From IMG/VR virus record IMGVR_UViG_2974578479_000001, positions 64,001-128,000 of that record: DNA of 64,000 nt; one strand, 5' to 3'. The DNA comes from a virus (Duplodnaviria > Heunggongvirae > Uroviricota > Caudoviricetes). Position 1 is the stretch's first letter; each line of letters opens with the position of its first letter. Positions 28,984 through 37,476 of this stretch are shown here, one piece after another. Under the pieces are notes generated by a model, which was given only the letters and a program-made list of their open reading frames with translations, searched no databases and was not told the origin of the DNA. Position numbers and translations under genes: made by a program.

Positions 28984-29452
28984 TGTATGAAGACCTGAAA
29001 AGGTACTTCATACAACTCTGATTGATCCGTTTTACGGAATAGTTTAAGCCTGACCTCGTTGAAAATGTAAACAGCAGATGAGTAGTTCAATCAGTACGAG
29101 TGCAAAAGAAACCCGTTAGGAGATGGCATAGTTTGTACCACCCACGGCAATGCGGCACTATAAATACGTCCTTGATATGAACGTACTAGATAGACATATG
29201 AGATGCATACTCACCTATTAAAAGGGAGATATTCTACGGAATATCAATAGTATTTGTTGCTGAATTAGCGAGTACTATATGCGAAGGAATGAGAAATCTT
29301 CGACCGTTGTATGCGACTGTAGTAACTGGAAACCGGACAACCCGCCAGTGTAGCTACAAATATTAGACAATATAGATCCGTCTAAAATTTGAGTTAATCT
29401 ACAAATTCAGAGGTAAGACTACCACCGTCAGATATTATTCTGACTTTTTTTT
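28984..29452 (+). ncRNA. Candidate large structured non-coding RNA (unassigned)
   Basis: No ORF; promoter upstream; many helices including GAAA and cUACGg tetraloop hairpins; terminator hairpin plus T8 at 29427-29452. Confidence 0.55.
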
Positions 29453-29604
29453 CGTTCCCCTGTTGCGGGGGGATGCAAATGGATCAACAAACCCCGTCAG
29501 TATAATAGTATTGAACGTACTTAAATACATTGATGATGAATGGAAATTATTCGAGTTCGTCAGAACGAGAAGAATTGAACATTCTTGACTAACGGAGTTA
29601 GGCA

Positions 29605-29979
29605 ATGACCCTTTCAGAAAACAAGTACTTCGAACAGATTATGACAAAGTACTTTTTAATATTAATTGAGCAAGACCTGTATCAATACAGGGGAAATACA
29701 TTATTCATAGATAAATCATCTCAGGATGATAGAACTCTTGGCATTTATAATGCTATGTGTGATATGGCATATATTGGTGAAAATATTGTATGTGTTAATT
29801 TTGATAAAGCATTTCCAATTAAACACTTGGATAAATTGCACTTTTTTATTGGAAATAATGCATATTACTTAAATCCAGTGCCATGTGATTTTTTGTTTAT
29901 TTTTGACGCAGTAAAAAATCGTGAGGAATTAAATAAAATCATTAATTTTTACAATCCTAAATTTATTTTTTACTGCTAG
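29605..29979 (+). CDS. Hypothetical protein
   Basis: GGAG upstream; ORF track. Confidence 0.6.
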   Translation: MTLSENKYFEQIMTKYFLILIEQDLYQYRGNTLFIDKSSQDDRTLGIYNAMCDMAYIGENIVCVNFDKAFPIKHLDKLHFFIGNNAYYLNPVPCDFLFIFDAVKNREELNKIINFYNPKFIFYC

Positions 29980-30006
29980 TAAATACAGTATCAATAATTA
30001 AAAAGG

Positions 30007-30459
30007 ATGATGATTATGAGTGAACCTTTTGATCCTAATGACATACGTAGTATGATTGATTATGTAGAAACAACCGAAGACAATGCTCACGAAGATGTAC
30101 TAATCAAATTCGTAGAGAACAGTCTATTCCTAGAAGCCCAAGCACACCATTGGCACTTACAATGTAAGTACTATTCAAAACATATGGAACTCGATGAATT
30201 TTACAAAGAGCTTCCTGAATTTGTTGATTCCTTTATAGAAGGAATGATGGCAGAACGTGGACCAATATTCAGTACTGGAACATCTTATGTATTTCAACCA
30301 TTAGAGGCAGCAATTCCTATATTGGAAGAATATGTACAACATTGTAACAAGATTCATGAAATATTGGATTCACTTGATGAATTTGGGTCTGTTAACACAC
30401 TAGAAGATATTATTAGTTTTGTTAACAGCATATTATATAAACTTAAAGTACTACAATAA
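30007..30459 (+). CDS. Ferritin/Dps-like four-helix protein
   Basis: AQAHHWHLQ..HMELDEFY..VDSFIEG..LEDIISFVNSILYKL. Confidence 0.65.
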   Translation: MMIMSEPFDPNDIRSMIDYVETTEDNAHEDVLIKFVENSLFLEAQAHHWHLQCKYYSKHMELDEFYKELPEFVDSFIEGMMAERGPIFSTGTSYVFQPLEAAIPILEEYVQHCNKIHEILDSLDEFGSVNTLEDIISFVNSILYKLKVLQ

Positions 30460-30464
30460 TCAAT

Positions 30465-30492
30465 AAGGACACATTTTGTGTCCTTTCTTTTT
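30465..30492 (+). terminator. Intrinsic terminator (repeat copy 1)
   Basis: AAGGACACA-ttt-TGTGTCCTT then T-rich. Confidence 0.8.
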
Positions 30493-30503
30493 AGGAGAAA
30501 TTT

Positions 30504-31031
30504 ATGTTCAATGTAATAATCAATACCCACGATTCATATTGGGATTGCGACGATTGTGGTTGTTCAGGTTCTGAAATCATTAGTTTCAATTCTGAAGAAT
30601 TGTGAGAATTCTATGATGGGGATGCTGCATATTGCTATGGTTCTAATAGTGGATCTATGATAACAGTACTTCGTGAATTAAACAGACGTTTAGCAGATAA
30701 GGGAATAAATGTGAAGCTTAAAGAACATGGTGACGAATATGATAAAGCAGAAGATGCTTTCTATAGTATTCTACGAGATTTAGATTGGGCAAATCGTGAT
30801 ATTTGGACTGATGAACAAAAACGTATTCATGAAGAATATTGTACATTAGACGAAGAATATGAAGCGTTTTATCGGGAAGAAAATCTATCCAAGTACTATG
30901 AGCAATTCGGAGTATCACTTTCTTTTACATCATCGTATGATGAATTTGATGAACAAGACCAGTACTATGAAGATACGTTTGACAGTGGGTATAGTACGGA
31001 CGAATCTTATGATTCAGATGAAGACAAATAA
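30504..31031 (+). pseudogene. Gene interrupted by in-frame TGA (30603-30605)
   Basis: AGGAGA RBS before ATG 30504; the frame continues through a single TGA into the 30657..31031 ORF; Cys-rich N-terminus CDDCGC. Confidence 0.6.
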
Positions 31032-31053
31032 GGACACTATGTGTCCTTTTTTT
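31030..31053 (+). terminator. Intrinsic terminator (repeat copy 2)
   Basis: AAGGACAC-tat-GTGTCCTT plus T-run. Confidence 0.8.
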
Positions 31054-31067
31054 TATTGGAGAAAGAT

Positions 31068-31547
31068 ATGCGACCATTAATTGCAATATGTATAGAAGAT
31101 GATCAAGGGGGGACTTTTTATCATAATCCAACCATTATTAACTCATATCAAGATGCAGTTAAATTTCAATTAGAAAATGATGTTAAATTTGATGGATATA
31201 TTGAGTTTCTATTATATCCTGAGAATTTAGATTTAAATGAAGTAATTGAAAATATTGAATATTGTTATAGTGATTATGATGACTATTTTGATCTAGAAGA
31301 ATTAACTCGATATTTTAATCTTACAGCACCTTTGTATAAAGATGGTACTGTAGCTAAAATTGGTGATAGTGTGATTATATACTCTGAAGATTTATTATGG
31401 GGATATATGACAAAAAATGTACCATTGTATGGTACGGTAACTAATATTGATAACTTGTACAGAATTCAATTCAAAATTGAACCGTATGAAAAGGAAATGT
31501 GTTTAGACCATTTTCGTGTGAATAAATTGGGAGAAAATAATGAATAA
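31068..31547 (+). CDS. Hypothetical protein
   Basis: GGAG RBS before ATG 31068. Confidence 0.65.
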   Translation: MRPLIAICIEDDQGGTFYHNPTIINSYQDAVKFQLENDVKFDGYIEFLLYPENLDLNEVIENIEYCYSDYDDYFDLEELTRYFNLTAPLYKDGTVAKIGDSVIIYSEDLLWGYMTKNVPLYGTVTNIDNLYRIQFKIEPYEKEMCLDHFRVNKLGENNE

Positions 31548-31935
31548 ATTATATGAATTTTATCTAGACTGTGGTAGAATGGGTGACTTATCCGGTCTAT
31601 TTGTAGCAACTGAAGATGAACTAAGAGCACTTCAAGGCTCTACTATTTGGTTCGGTGAAGCCCTTGGTAAGCATTCAGAAGTGTGGATTGATGAATTCAA
31701 ATTCGAAGATTATTGTGAAGTTAAATGTGATGATCAAGAAAAAGTTGAATGGTTGGCTGGTCTATTGGGATACACATTATCTGGTTATAATCCATTGGAT
31801 TATTTCTATATTGAAGAACAAAGTGAATATCAAGAAGGTAAAGATTCAGAAGACGGTGAAGAAAATCCGTATGATGCAACTGAAGAACCAGGAGCACATA
31901 TTCGTTGGAAATTAGGTTCAAAAGATAAAAAATAA
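31540..31935 (+). CDS. Hypothetical protein
   Basis: LDCGRMGDLSGLFVA..FGEALGKHSEV; GGAG RBS. Confidence 0.7.
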   Translation: MNKLYEFYLDCGRMGDLSGLFVATEDELRALQGSTIWFGEALGKHSEVWIDEFKFEDYCEVKCDDQEKVEWLAGLLGYTLSGYNPLDYFYIEEQSEYQEGKDSEDGEENPYDATEEPGAHIRWKLGSKDKK

Positions 31936-31948
31936 GGAAGTTTGTTGT

Positions 31949-32455
31949 ATGAAGATTAAAGATGGATATTTCTTTTTTTGGGGAAATGAAGATTACATGT
32001 CAAATTGGCACAAAGCGTCATTTGAATTGCATGGAATTACATTCAACTGCTCAGAACAATACATGATGTATGCAAAAGCAATGGTATTCAATGACACTAT
32101 TATTGCTAATAAAGTACTTGAGACTAGTTCTCAATCTAAACAAAAAGCATTAGGTCGGCAAGTAAGTAATTATGATGATGAAATTTGGAATGAAGTACGT
32201 TTTGAAATTGTCTATGATGCTTGCCTAGCTAAATTTTCACAGAATGAAAAACTCAAAGAACAACTTCTAAGTACTGGTAATCTACATCTAGTAGAAGCAT
32301 CACCATATGATAAGATTTGGGGTATTGGTATGAAAGATGACCATCCAGATGCAACTAATCCTGAAAAATGGGATGGTTTAAATCTATTAGGTGAAGTACT
32401 AATGAAAGTTCGTGATACTCTAAAGGTAACCACATATGAGCAAAAACTTTACTAA
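31949..32455 (+). CDS. NADAR (YbiA-like) family protein
   Basis: SNWH..CSEQYMMYAKA..KALGR..AKFSQN..LVEASPYDKIWGIG..GLNLLGEVLMKVR. Confidence 0.92.
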   Translation: MKIKDGYFFFWGNEDYMSNWHKASFELHGITFNCSEQYMMYAKAMVFNDTIIANKVLETSSQSKQKALGRQVSNYDDEIWNEVRFEIVYDACLAKFSQNEKLKEQLLSTGNLHLVEASPYDKIWGIGMKDDHPDATNPEKWDGLNLLGEVLMKVRDTLKVTTYEQKLY

Positions 32456-32672
32456 ACAAGAAACTTTTTATATTAACAATCGTTTTCTTAAAACATTAGC
32501 AATAAAGTTATTACGTCAAAAACCAGAAACAAGGTCTGAACAAGATCGTGAAGATTTTTGGTACGTATTTCATAAGTTAAATCCAGGTTATCTCGGACGT
32601 GATTTAACATTACGTGCACGAGTAGAATCATTTGTACTTTATAGTTCAATACGTGTGGAAGTGAACGATTAA
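32436..32672 (+). CDS. Hypothetical protein
   Basis: ORF packing. Confidence 0.55.
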   Translation: MSKNFTKQETFYINNRFLKTLAIKLLRQKPETRSEQDREDFWYVFHKLNPGYLGRDLTLRARVESFVLYSSIRVEVND

Positions 32673-32697
32673 CCTAAACAAATAACAAGGATGTTAT

Positions 32698-33279
32698 ATG
32701 GCAAAATTATATTTTAGATATAGTACAATGAATGCAGGTAAAAGTGCTAGTCTATTACAAACAGCATTCAATTACAAAGAACTAGGTTATAAAGTTTTGA
32801 TTTTTACATCAGCTTTAGATGATCGTTATGGGTATGGTAAAGTAACTTCTAGGATAGGGATTGATGCAGATGCCATTATTATTCCTAAAGATAACAATGA
32901 CGTATTAAATGATGCTAAGATTACTATCAGGGCATTAGGAATAAAAGCAGTATTTGTGGATGAATGTCAGTTTCTTAGTACTGAACAAGTGGATATATTA
33001 GGTCAAATGGTTGATGAATTGAACGTAACTGTATTTTGTTATGGTATACGTACTAATTTTGAATCTAATTTGTTTAGTGGTTCAAAACGTTTATTTGAAG
33101 TTGCTGACTGTATCGAAGAATTACGAAATCTTTGTCAATGTGGTAAGAAGTCCACCATGAATGCCAGATTAGTTAACAGTACTGAACAAGTACTTATTGG
33201 TGGTAATGATATGTACAAGAGTATGTGCAGAAAATGTTACTTAGAATTTACAAAGAAAAAGCTTGACAGCGGAGAATAA
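32698..33279 (+). CDS. tk: Thymidine kinase
   Basis: YSTMNAGKS, VFVDECQFL, YGIRTNF..LFSGS, C-terminal CxCG..CRKC zinc site. Confidence 0.95.
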   Translation: MAKLYFRYSTMNAGKSASLLQTAFNYKELGYKVLIFTSALDDRYGYGKVTSRIGIDADAIIIPKDNNDVLNDAKITIRALGIKAVFVDECQFLSTEQVDILGQMVDELNVTVFCYGIRTNFESNLFSGSKRLFEVADCIEELRNLCQCGKKSTMNARLVNSTEQVLIGGNDMYKSMCRKCYLEFTKKKLDSGE

Positions 33280-33291
33280 AATCGGTAAAAT
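33263..33291 (+). promoter_or_regulatory. Sigma70-type promoter inside the 3' end of tk
   Basis: TTGACA-17 bp-TAAAAT. Confidence 0.7.
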
Positions 33292-33320
33292 GTGGACATG
33301 AACTAACAGAGGTGATTTAA

Positions 33321-33821
33321 ATGACAATCGCATTAATTATAGCAGTAATCATATCTGCTATTTGGTTTTGGTGTTTTTCCGCTCGTGCTGGTTGGTATGG
33401 TGTCCACATTGAACGTAAGTATAAGCTTAAATTTGATGAAGATGCTTCATCCCAATTACTACGAATAATTGCACGTTATCGGGCAGGTGAATTTTTAGTA
33501 GAGAAAAGTATGTACGGTGAAAATTTATTATTCACTAAACCTGTAAAATCTTCTAATACAATCACTGAGTATAGTGAAAGTAAGTACTTTATTAATATTG
33601 AAAAACCTTTTTCACGTTCATTTGGATGGGTTTCTGATGAATCACATTTAAGTGCATGGATTTCTGAAAGAAGCGATGAATATAAAGGTGCTATTAATAA
33701 TGACGCATTTGATGCTTTAATAGAAGTACTTGTAGAAATTTCTCCTGAAACAATTGGTGTTGATATTTCTGGAAACCGCCGATTCCGTAAATCGAAAAAC
33801 GAGGAAGTACAATTATCATGA
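33321..33821 (+). CDS. Membrane-anchored hypothetical protein
   Basis: N-terminal hydrophobic helix; GAGG RBS. Confidence 0.65.
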   Translation: MTIALIIAVIISAIWFWCFSARAGWYGVHIERKYKLKFDEDASSQLLRIIARYRAGEFLVEKSMYGENLLFTKPVKSSNTITEYSESKYFINIEKPFSRSFGWVSDESHLSAWISERSDEYKGAINNDAFDALIEVLVEISPETIGVDISGNRRFRKSKNEEVQLS

Positions 33822-34417
33822 TTATTGATGCAAGTCTCGTAATTGGGTTGATAGCAACTCATATTATTGCTGCCGTAGCACCTATGGTTATACGTGAACA
33901 ATACCGAATGGCTAAAAATGGTCTTCAGTTAAAGAAACTTGCTGCACAGCAAGCTGCATTAGCTGAACTTCGGAAACCATCTAATCCATTACAGGCAGGT
34001 TTAGTTACAGAAGATATTGAATCTGTTGTAATGACTGAAGATGAACATTTTGATCATTTAAAACGTTTATATCCTAATGCATGGAAAGAATATAGTGAAC
34101 GAAATAGTAAACCAATCTTTAGTCGTGGTGACCGTTATATTATGCGATTAATACTTGCATATGAGCGAGGTGATCTTACTGCAACTGTTGATGAATATAA
34201 TATCAATTTTTCAAATGGTGATAAAGTTTGGATAGCAAACAAATATCATGGGTATGGACGGTTGTATAAATCGGATCATAATCCGCATTGTGTGTTTGAT
34301 AATAATTTTATTGTAAGTCCATATACATTTATGCGAATTGTAGATATTGAAGAAAAAATTGCAGAACCTATTTTACATTTAACTCCAATTAAGGTACTTA
34401 ATAATGTCGGTATCTAA
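33818..34417 (+). CDS. Membrane-anchored hypothetical protein
   Basis: N-terminal hydrophobic helix; ATGA overlap. Confidence 0.65.
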   Translation: MIIDASLVIGLIATHIIAAVAPMVIREQYRMAKNGLQLKKLAAQQAALAELRKPSNPLQAGLVTEDIESVVMTEDEHFDHLKRLYPNAWKEYSERNSKPIFSRGDRYIMRLILAYERGDLTATVDEYNINFSNGDKVWIANKYHGYGRLYKSDHNPHCVFDNNFIVSPYTFMRIVDIEEKIAEPILHLTPIKVLNNVGI

Positions 34418-34937
34418 ATCAGATTTTGAACGAATTTATCAAGATTGTGAAACTATTGAAGAATGGCATACCCGTAGTACACCACTCATCAATGAAATTA
34501 AAACGACTTCAACTGAACTTGAGCTTGATGAATTATCATCGTGGTTACAAGTTATGTATCAACGTTTGTCATTGAAACAACCAGTACAACATGAATTTTA
34601 TAAAGAAGTAAATTCTGTAAAAACTTCTTATTGTACTATTCATATGGCTGGTGATTATGATACAGCAGTTTCACATGCACGTGAATATACGTTCAATCAT
34701 GGGGCATGTTTCCAAATCACTAAATGCGATTATGTATATACTGGCGGTAAAGAATCTGGAATTACTGCTCGTGTATTATGTTATCCTCGCTTCCCAAAAA
34801 CTGACCGTCAGTTACTTGATGAAGCTAAAGAGTTTGCATTTGGTTTAGCTGAAAAACTTTGTCAAAAGAGCTTTACAATTGAAACCAGTACTGATACAAT
34901 ATATTTCCAAAGCAATAAGAATTTACATGGGAAATAA
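34404..34937 (+). CDS. Hypothetical protein
   Basis: ORF packing. Confidence 0.65.
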   Translation: MSVSKSDFERIYQDCETIEEWHTRSTPLINEIKTTSTELELDELSSWLQVMYQRLSLKQPVQHEFYKEVNSVKTSYCTIHMAGDYDTAVSHAREYTFNHGACFQITKCDYVYTGGKESGITARVLCYPRFPKTDRQLLDEAKEFAFGLAEKLCQKSFTIETSTDTIYFQSNKNLHGK

Positions 34938-34938
34938 T

Positions 34939-35259
34939 ATGAAACATCCATATGACGGTGAAATAAAATCATGTCCATTTTGTGGACATGAACCATTACG
35001 TGATAATTTGATTGATAGTTTACATCCAACTGGTATGGAATGGTTTAAATGCCCATTGTTAGATATTCAATTGTACGGAGAAGATTTGGACTGTACTCAT
35101 AGTGCAATCAATCCAGAAGTATATGTATTGAAACATGATGTTACTGAACGTGGAAAGTTCTGGACATTTAGTTGTTTAGAATCTGAAGGTGGATGTAGTT
35201 GTACTTTTTTTGGTACTTCTATTGATGATGTAATGAATAAGTGGAACAAGAGGATTTAA
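34939..35259 (+). CDS. Zn-ribbon protein resembling Lar (restriction alleviation) family
   Basis: KSCPFCG...C..C..WNKR termini. Confidence 0.5.
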   Translation: MKHPYDGEIKSCPFCGHEPLRDNLIDSLHPTGMEWFKCPLLDIQLYGEDLDCTHSAINPEVYVLKHDVTERGKFWTFSCLESEGGCSCTFFGTSIDDVMNKWNKRI

Positions 35260-35260
35260 C

Positions 35261-35395
35261 ATGAAATCAGGATTAATTATACTAGCAGGACTTGTACTAT
35301 GTGGAGTAGGTGCATTTGGTTATTTTAAAGATCTTGATTTATGGGGTGCATGGGTAATTGTTGGTGGTTTAATAGTTTATTCACAGGTTGATTAA
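35261..35395 (+). CDS. Small membrane protein (44 aa, not in ORF track)
   Basis: AGGA RBS; two hydrophobic segments. Confidence 0.5.
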   Translation: MKSGLIILAGLVLCGVGAFGYFKDLDLWGAWVIVGGLIVYSQVD

Positions 35396-35396
35396 T

Positions 35397-35729
35397 ATGA
35401 AACGTAAAATTGTAAAACGAAATAAAGCAAAAATGACTTTTTGGATTAATAATCCATTTTGGTATAAAGTAGTTCATCAAAACCGTGAACATTTTGAACA
35501 AACACGGAACCGAAAAAAATATGTTGAAGTTTTTGATCATGTAAATGCGTATCGTATTACTGAACGTAGTGAACGAATTATGGTTCCAATTTTGATAACT
35601 TCAAAAGTAAAACGTTCACGCATCAAGAATCGTCTTCATGCGTATCGTAGTTTCAAAAATCTTGAAGAAATGAATAACGAATGCGGAACAGCGTACACGA
35701 TTGATGAAATTTATGTCGGATGGCGTTAA
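35397..35729 (+). CDS. Basic hypothetical protein
   Basis: ORF packing. Confidence 0.55.
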   Translation: MKRKIVKRNKAKMTFWINNPFWYKVVHQNREHFEQTRNRKKYVEVFDHVNAYRITERSERIMVPILITSKVKRSRIKNRLHAYRSFKNLEEMNNECGTAYTIDEIYVGWR

Positions 35730-35736
35730 AAATCAC

Positions 35737-35765
35737 TTGACATAGCTGAATGGGTACGATATTAT
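35737..35765 (+). promoter_or_regulatory. Sigma70-type promoter
   Basis: TTGACA-17 bp-TATTAT; -10 flanked by TGGGTAC/GTACCCA. Confidence 0.7.
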
Positions 35766-35794
35766 GTACCCACATTAAATGAACTGAGAGAAAA

Positions 35795-37054
35795 ATGAAA
35801 ATGGCAGAACTGATTAAAGAAGGTCGTAAACTGGTTACCATTCGCCGCATTAATGCGATTAACCCGATTCCAAATGCTGATGCAATTGAAGTTGCAACAG
35901 TTGATGGCTGGAATGTTGTCACTAAAAAAGGTGAATTCTCTGAAACCAATTTTTGCGTATTCTTTGAAATTGATTCATTCCTACCAGCAGATAACCCAAT
36001 TTTTGGTTTCCTTCTGCGTAATGGAACCAAAACTGATGAAGCGGGTGTAGAGCGTATTCGCCTCCGTACTGTAAAACTTCGTCAGCAAATTTCTCAAGGG
36101 CTGGCACTTCCTATTGATATTATCAATAAAGATATGATCAATGCATTTGCTGAAGCTATTGGTATTAAAAGTACTGATGATTTTGAACGTTTTTCTGAAG
36201 TACTCCGTACTCTTGAAGAAAGCCGTGATGGTATTGAACAGTTCTTCAATGTAACTAAGTACGAGCGTCCAGATGAGCGTCAGGGTGGTGGTGCAAACCG
36301 TGCAAAAACAGCAGGTAACTTCCCTCTGGTAATTCCAAAAACTGATGAAGACCGTGTTCAGAATATTTTTGGAAAATTCAGTCAAACTATGAAGGGTGTT
36401 CCATTCCGCAAATCTTTAAAACTTGATGGCTCTAGTCAGACTATTGCATATTTCAATAATCCAGATTTCTTTGTGGATAAAGTTGATGAAGAAGTTGTAG
36501 AATGGAATGAAGAAACCCAAGAACTGACAGTTGTTGAAGTTAAACCATATCCGTTCCAGTGGGAAAGTGCACAGATTGTTGTTTGCTCTCGCAACCTTGC
36601 ATTGAAGTTTGATGAATCTGCGGCATTCTGGAAAGCAGCATTGAAAGATGATATTCCAGCACGTCTTAAAAAGTACTGTGAAGATCATGAACGTCAGCTT
36701 GCATTGCAGGGTGAATGTATGGGACCTGGTATTCAAGGCAACCGTGAAGGTTTATCTGAACATGAGTTCTTCTGCTTCCGTATTTGGGATGTAGATGCAC
36801 AGAATTTCCTTGATGATGCAGAGTTCTTTGAAGTAACTGCTATTCTTGGCATCAATGTTGTTCCACAGGGTGATATTGTATATTTCTTTGATGTATACAG
36901 TACTATTCAGGAAGCACTTAATAGTGCAGAACATGCAAGTATTGTTCATCCTATTGCAGAAGGTGACGTATACAAAAGTACTGAAAAGGTGAATGGACAA
37001 ACTATCCACTTTAAAGTAATTAACAATAAATTCCTAATGAAATGTGAAGACTAA
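35795..37054 (+). CDS. ATP-dependent RNA ligase (DRB0094/Rnl2-like)
   Basis: N-terminal OB-like IPNADAIEVA..FFEIDSFLP; KLDGSS adenylation motif; QGECMGPGIQGN; EGDVYK; FKVINNKFL. Confidence 0.88.
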   Translation: MKMAELIKEGRKLVTIRRINAINPIPNADAIEVATVDGWNVVTKKGEFSETNFCVFFEIDSFLPADNPIFGFLLRNGTKTDEAGVERIRLRTVKLRQQISQGLALPIDIINKDMINAFAEAIGIKSTDDFERFSEVLRTLEESRDGIEQFFNVTKYERPDERQGGGANRAKTAGNFPLVIPKTDEDRVQNIFGKFSQTMKGVPFRKSLKLDGSSQTIAYFNNPDFFVDKVDEEVVEWNEETQELTVVEVKPYPFQWESAQIVVCSRNLALKFDESAAFWKAALKDDIPARLKKYCEDHERQLALQGECMGPGIQGNREGLSEHEFFCFRIWDVDAQNFLDDAEFFEVTAILGINVVPQGDIVYFFDVYSTIQEALNSAEHASIVHPIAEGDVYKSTEKVNGQTIHFKVINNKFLMKCED

Positions 37055-37099
37055 AATTTGTACAGCAGCTTGAAAAAGCTGCTTTTTAAGTAAAAAAAA

Positions 37100-37129
37100 T
37101 TGAAACGCCACAAAATATTGTGGTATAAT
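37100..37129 (+). promoter_or_regulatory. Promoter, TGAAAC/TGGTATAAT class
   Basis: TTGAAA-18 bp-TATAAT. Confidence 0.65.
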
Positions 37130-37136
37130 ATACGAC

Positions 37137-37424
37137 ATGGAGAAGGTGCTTATGACTAAGCAAGAATATCTAGCCAATCTACAGGTTGGCGATGTAGTGA
37201 AACGTGGTATGCATGGTGCGGGTTTTATCACCGATGGTGAAGATGCCGAGATTGTTCATATCAATGAATCTACCATTTGGGTTGATGAATCTATGGAAGA
37301 AGATAGTGATTATAAGCGTGACAGTGTATATGCATATGATCGCCGGACAGGAAAACAAACAGAGTCAACGTTTGGGTTCTTTAAAACCATTGAATTGCCT
37401 GATTGGGAAGCACCTGATCAATAA
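37137..37424 (+). CDS. Hypothetical protein
   Basis: ORF after promoter; the true start may be the downstream ATG. Confidence 0.6.
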   Translation: MEKVLMTKQEYLANLQVGDVVKRGMHGAGFITDGEDAEIVHINESTIWVDESMEEDSDYKRDSVYAYDRRTGKQTESTFGFFKTIELPDWEAPDQ

Positions 37425-37476
37425 GAGTTAAGAAGTGAGTCAACAAAAATTTAATCCATTTCTGAGGAAAACAAAT

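Noticed and set aside
28984-29452. tmRNA, RNase P RNA or group I intron identity for the structured element
   Set aside because: No tRNA-like GGGG...CCA ends or convincing tag frame, no GAGGAAAGUCC, and only a loose TTCAGAG..GACTA resemblance to the group I R element; it does not interrupt a gene
30603-30650. Selenocysteine recoding of the in-frame UGA
   Set aside because: No recognisable bacterial SECIS hairpin downstream; the context fits Trp
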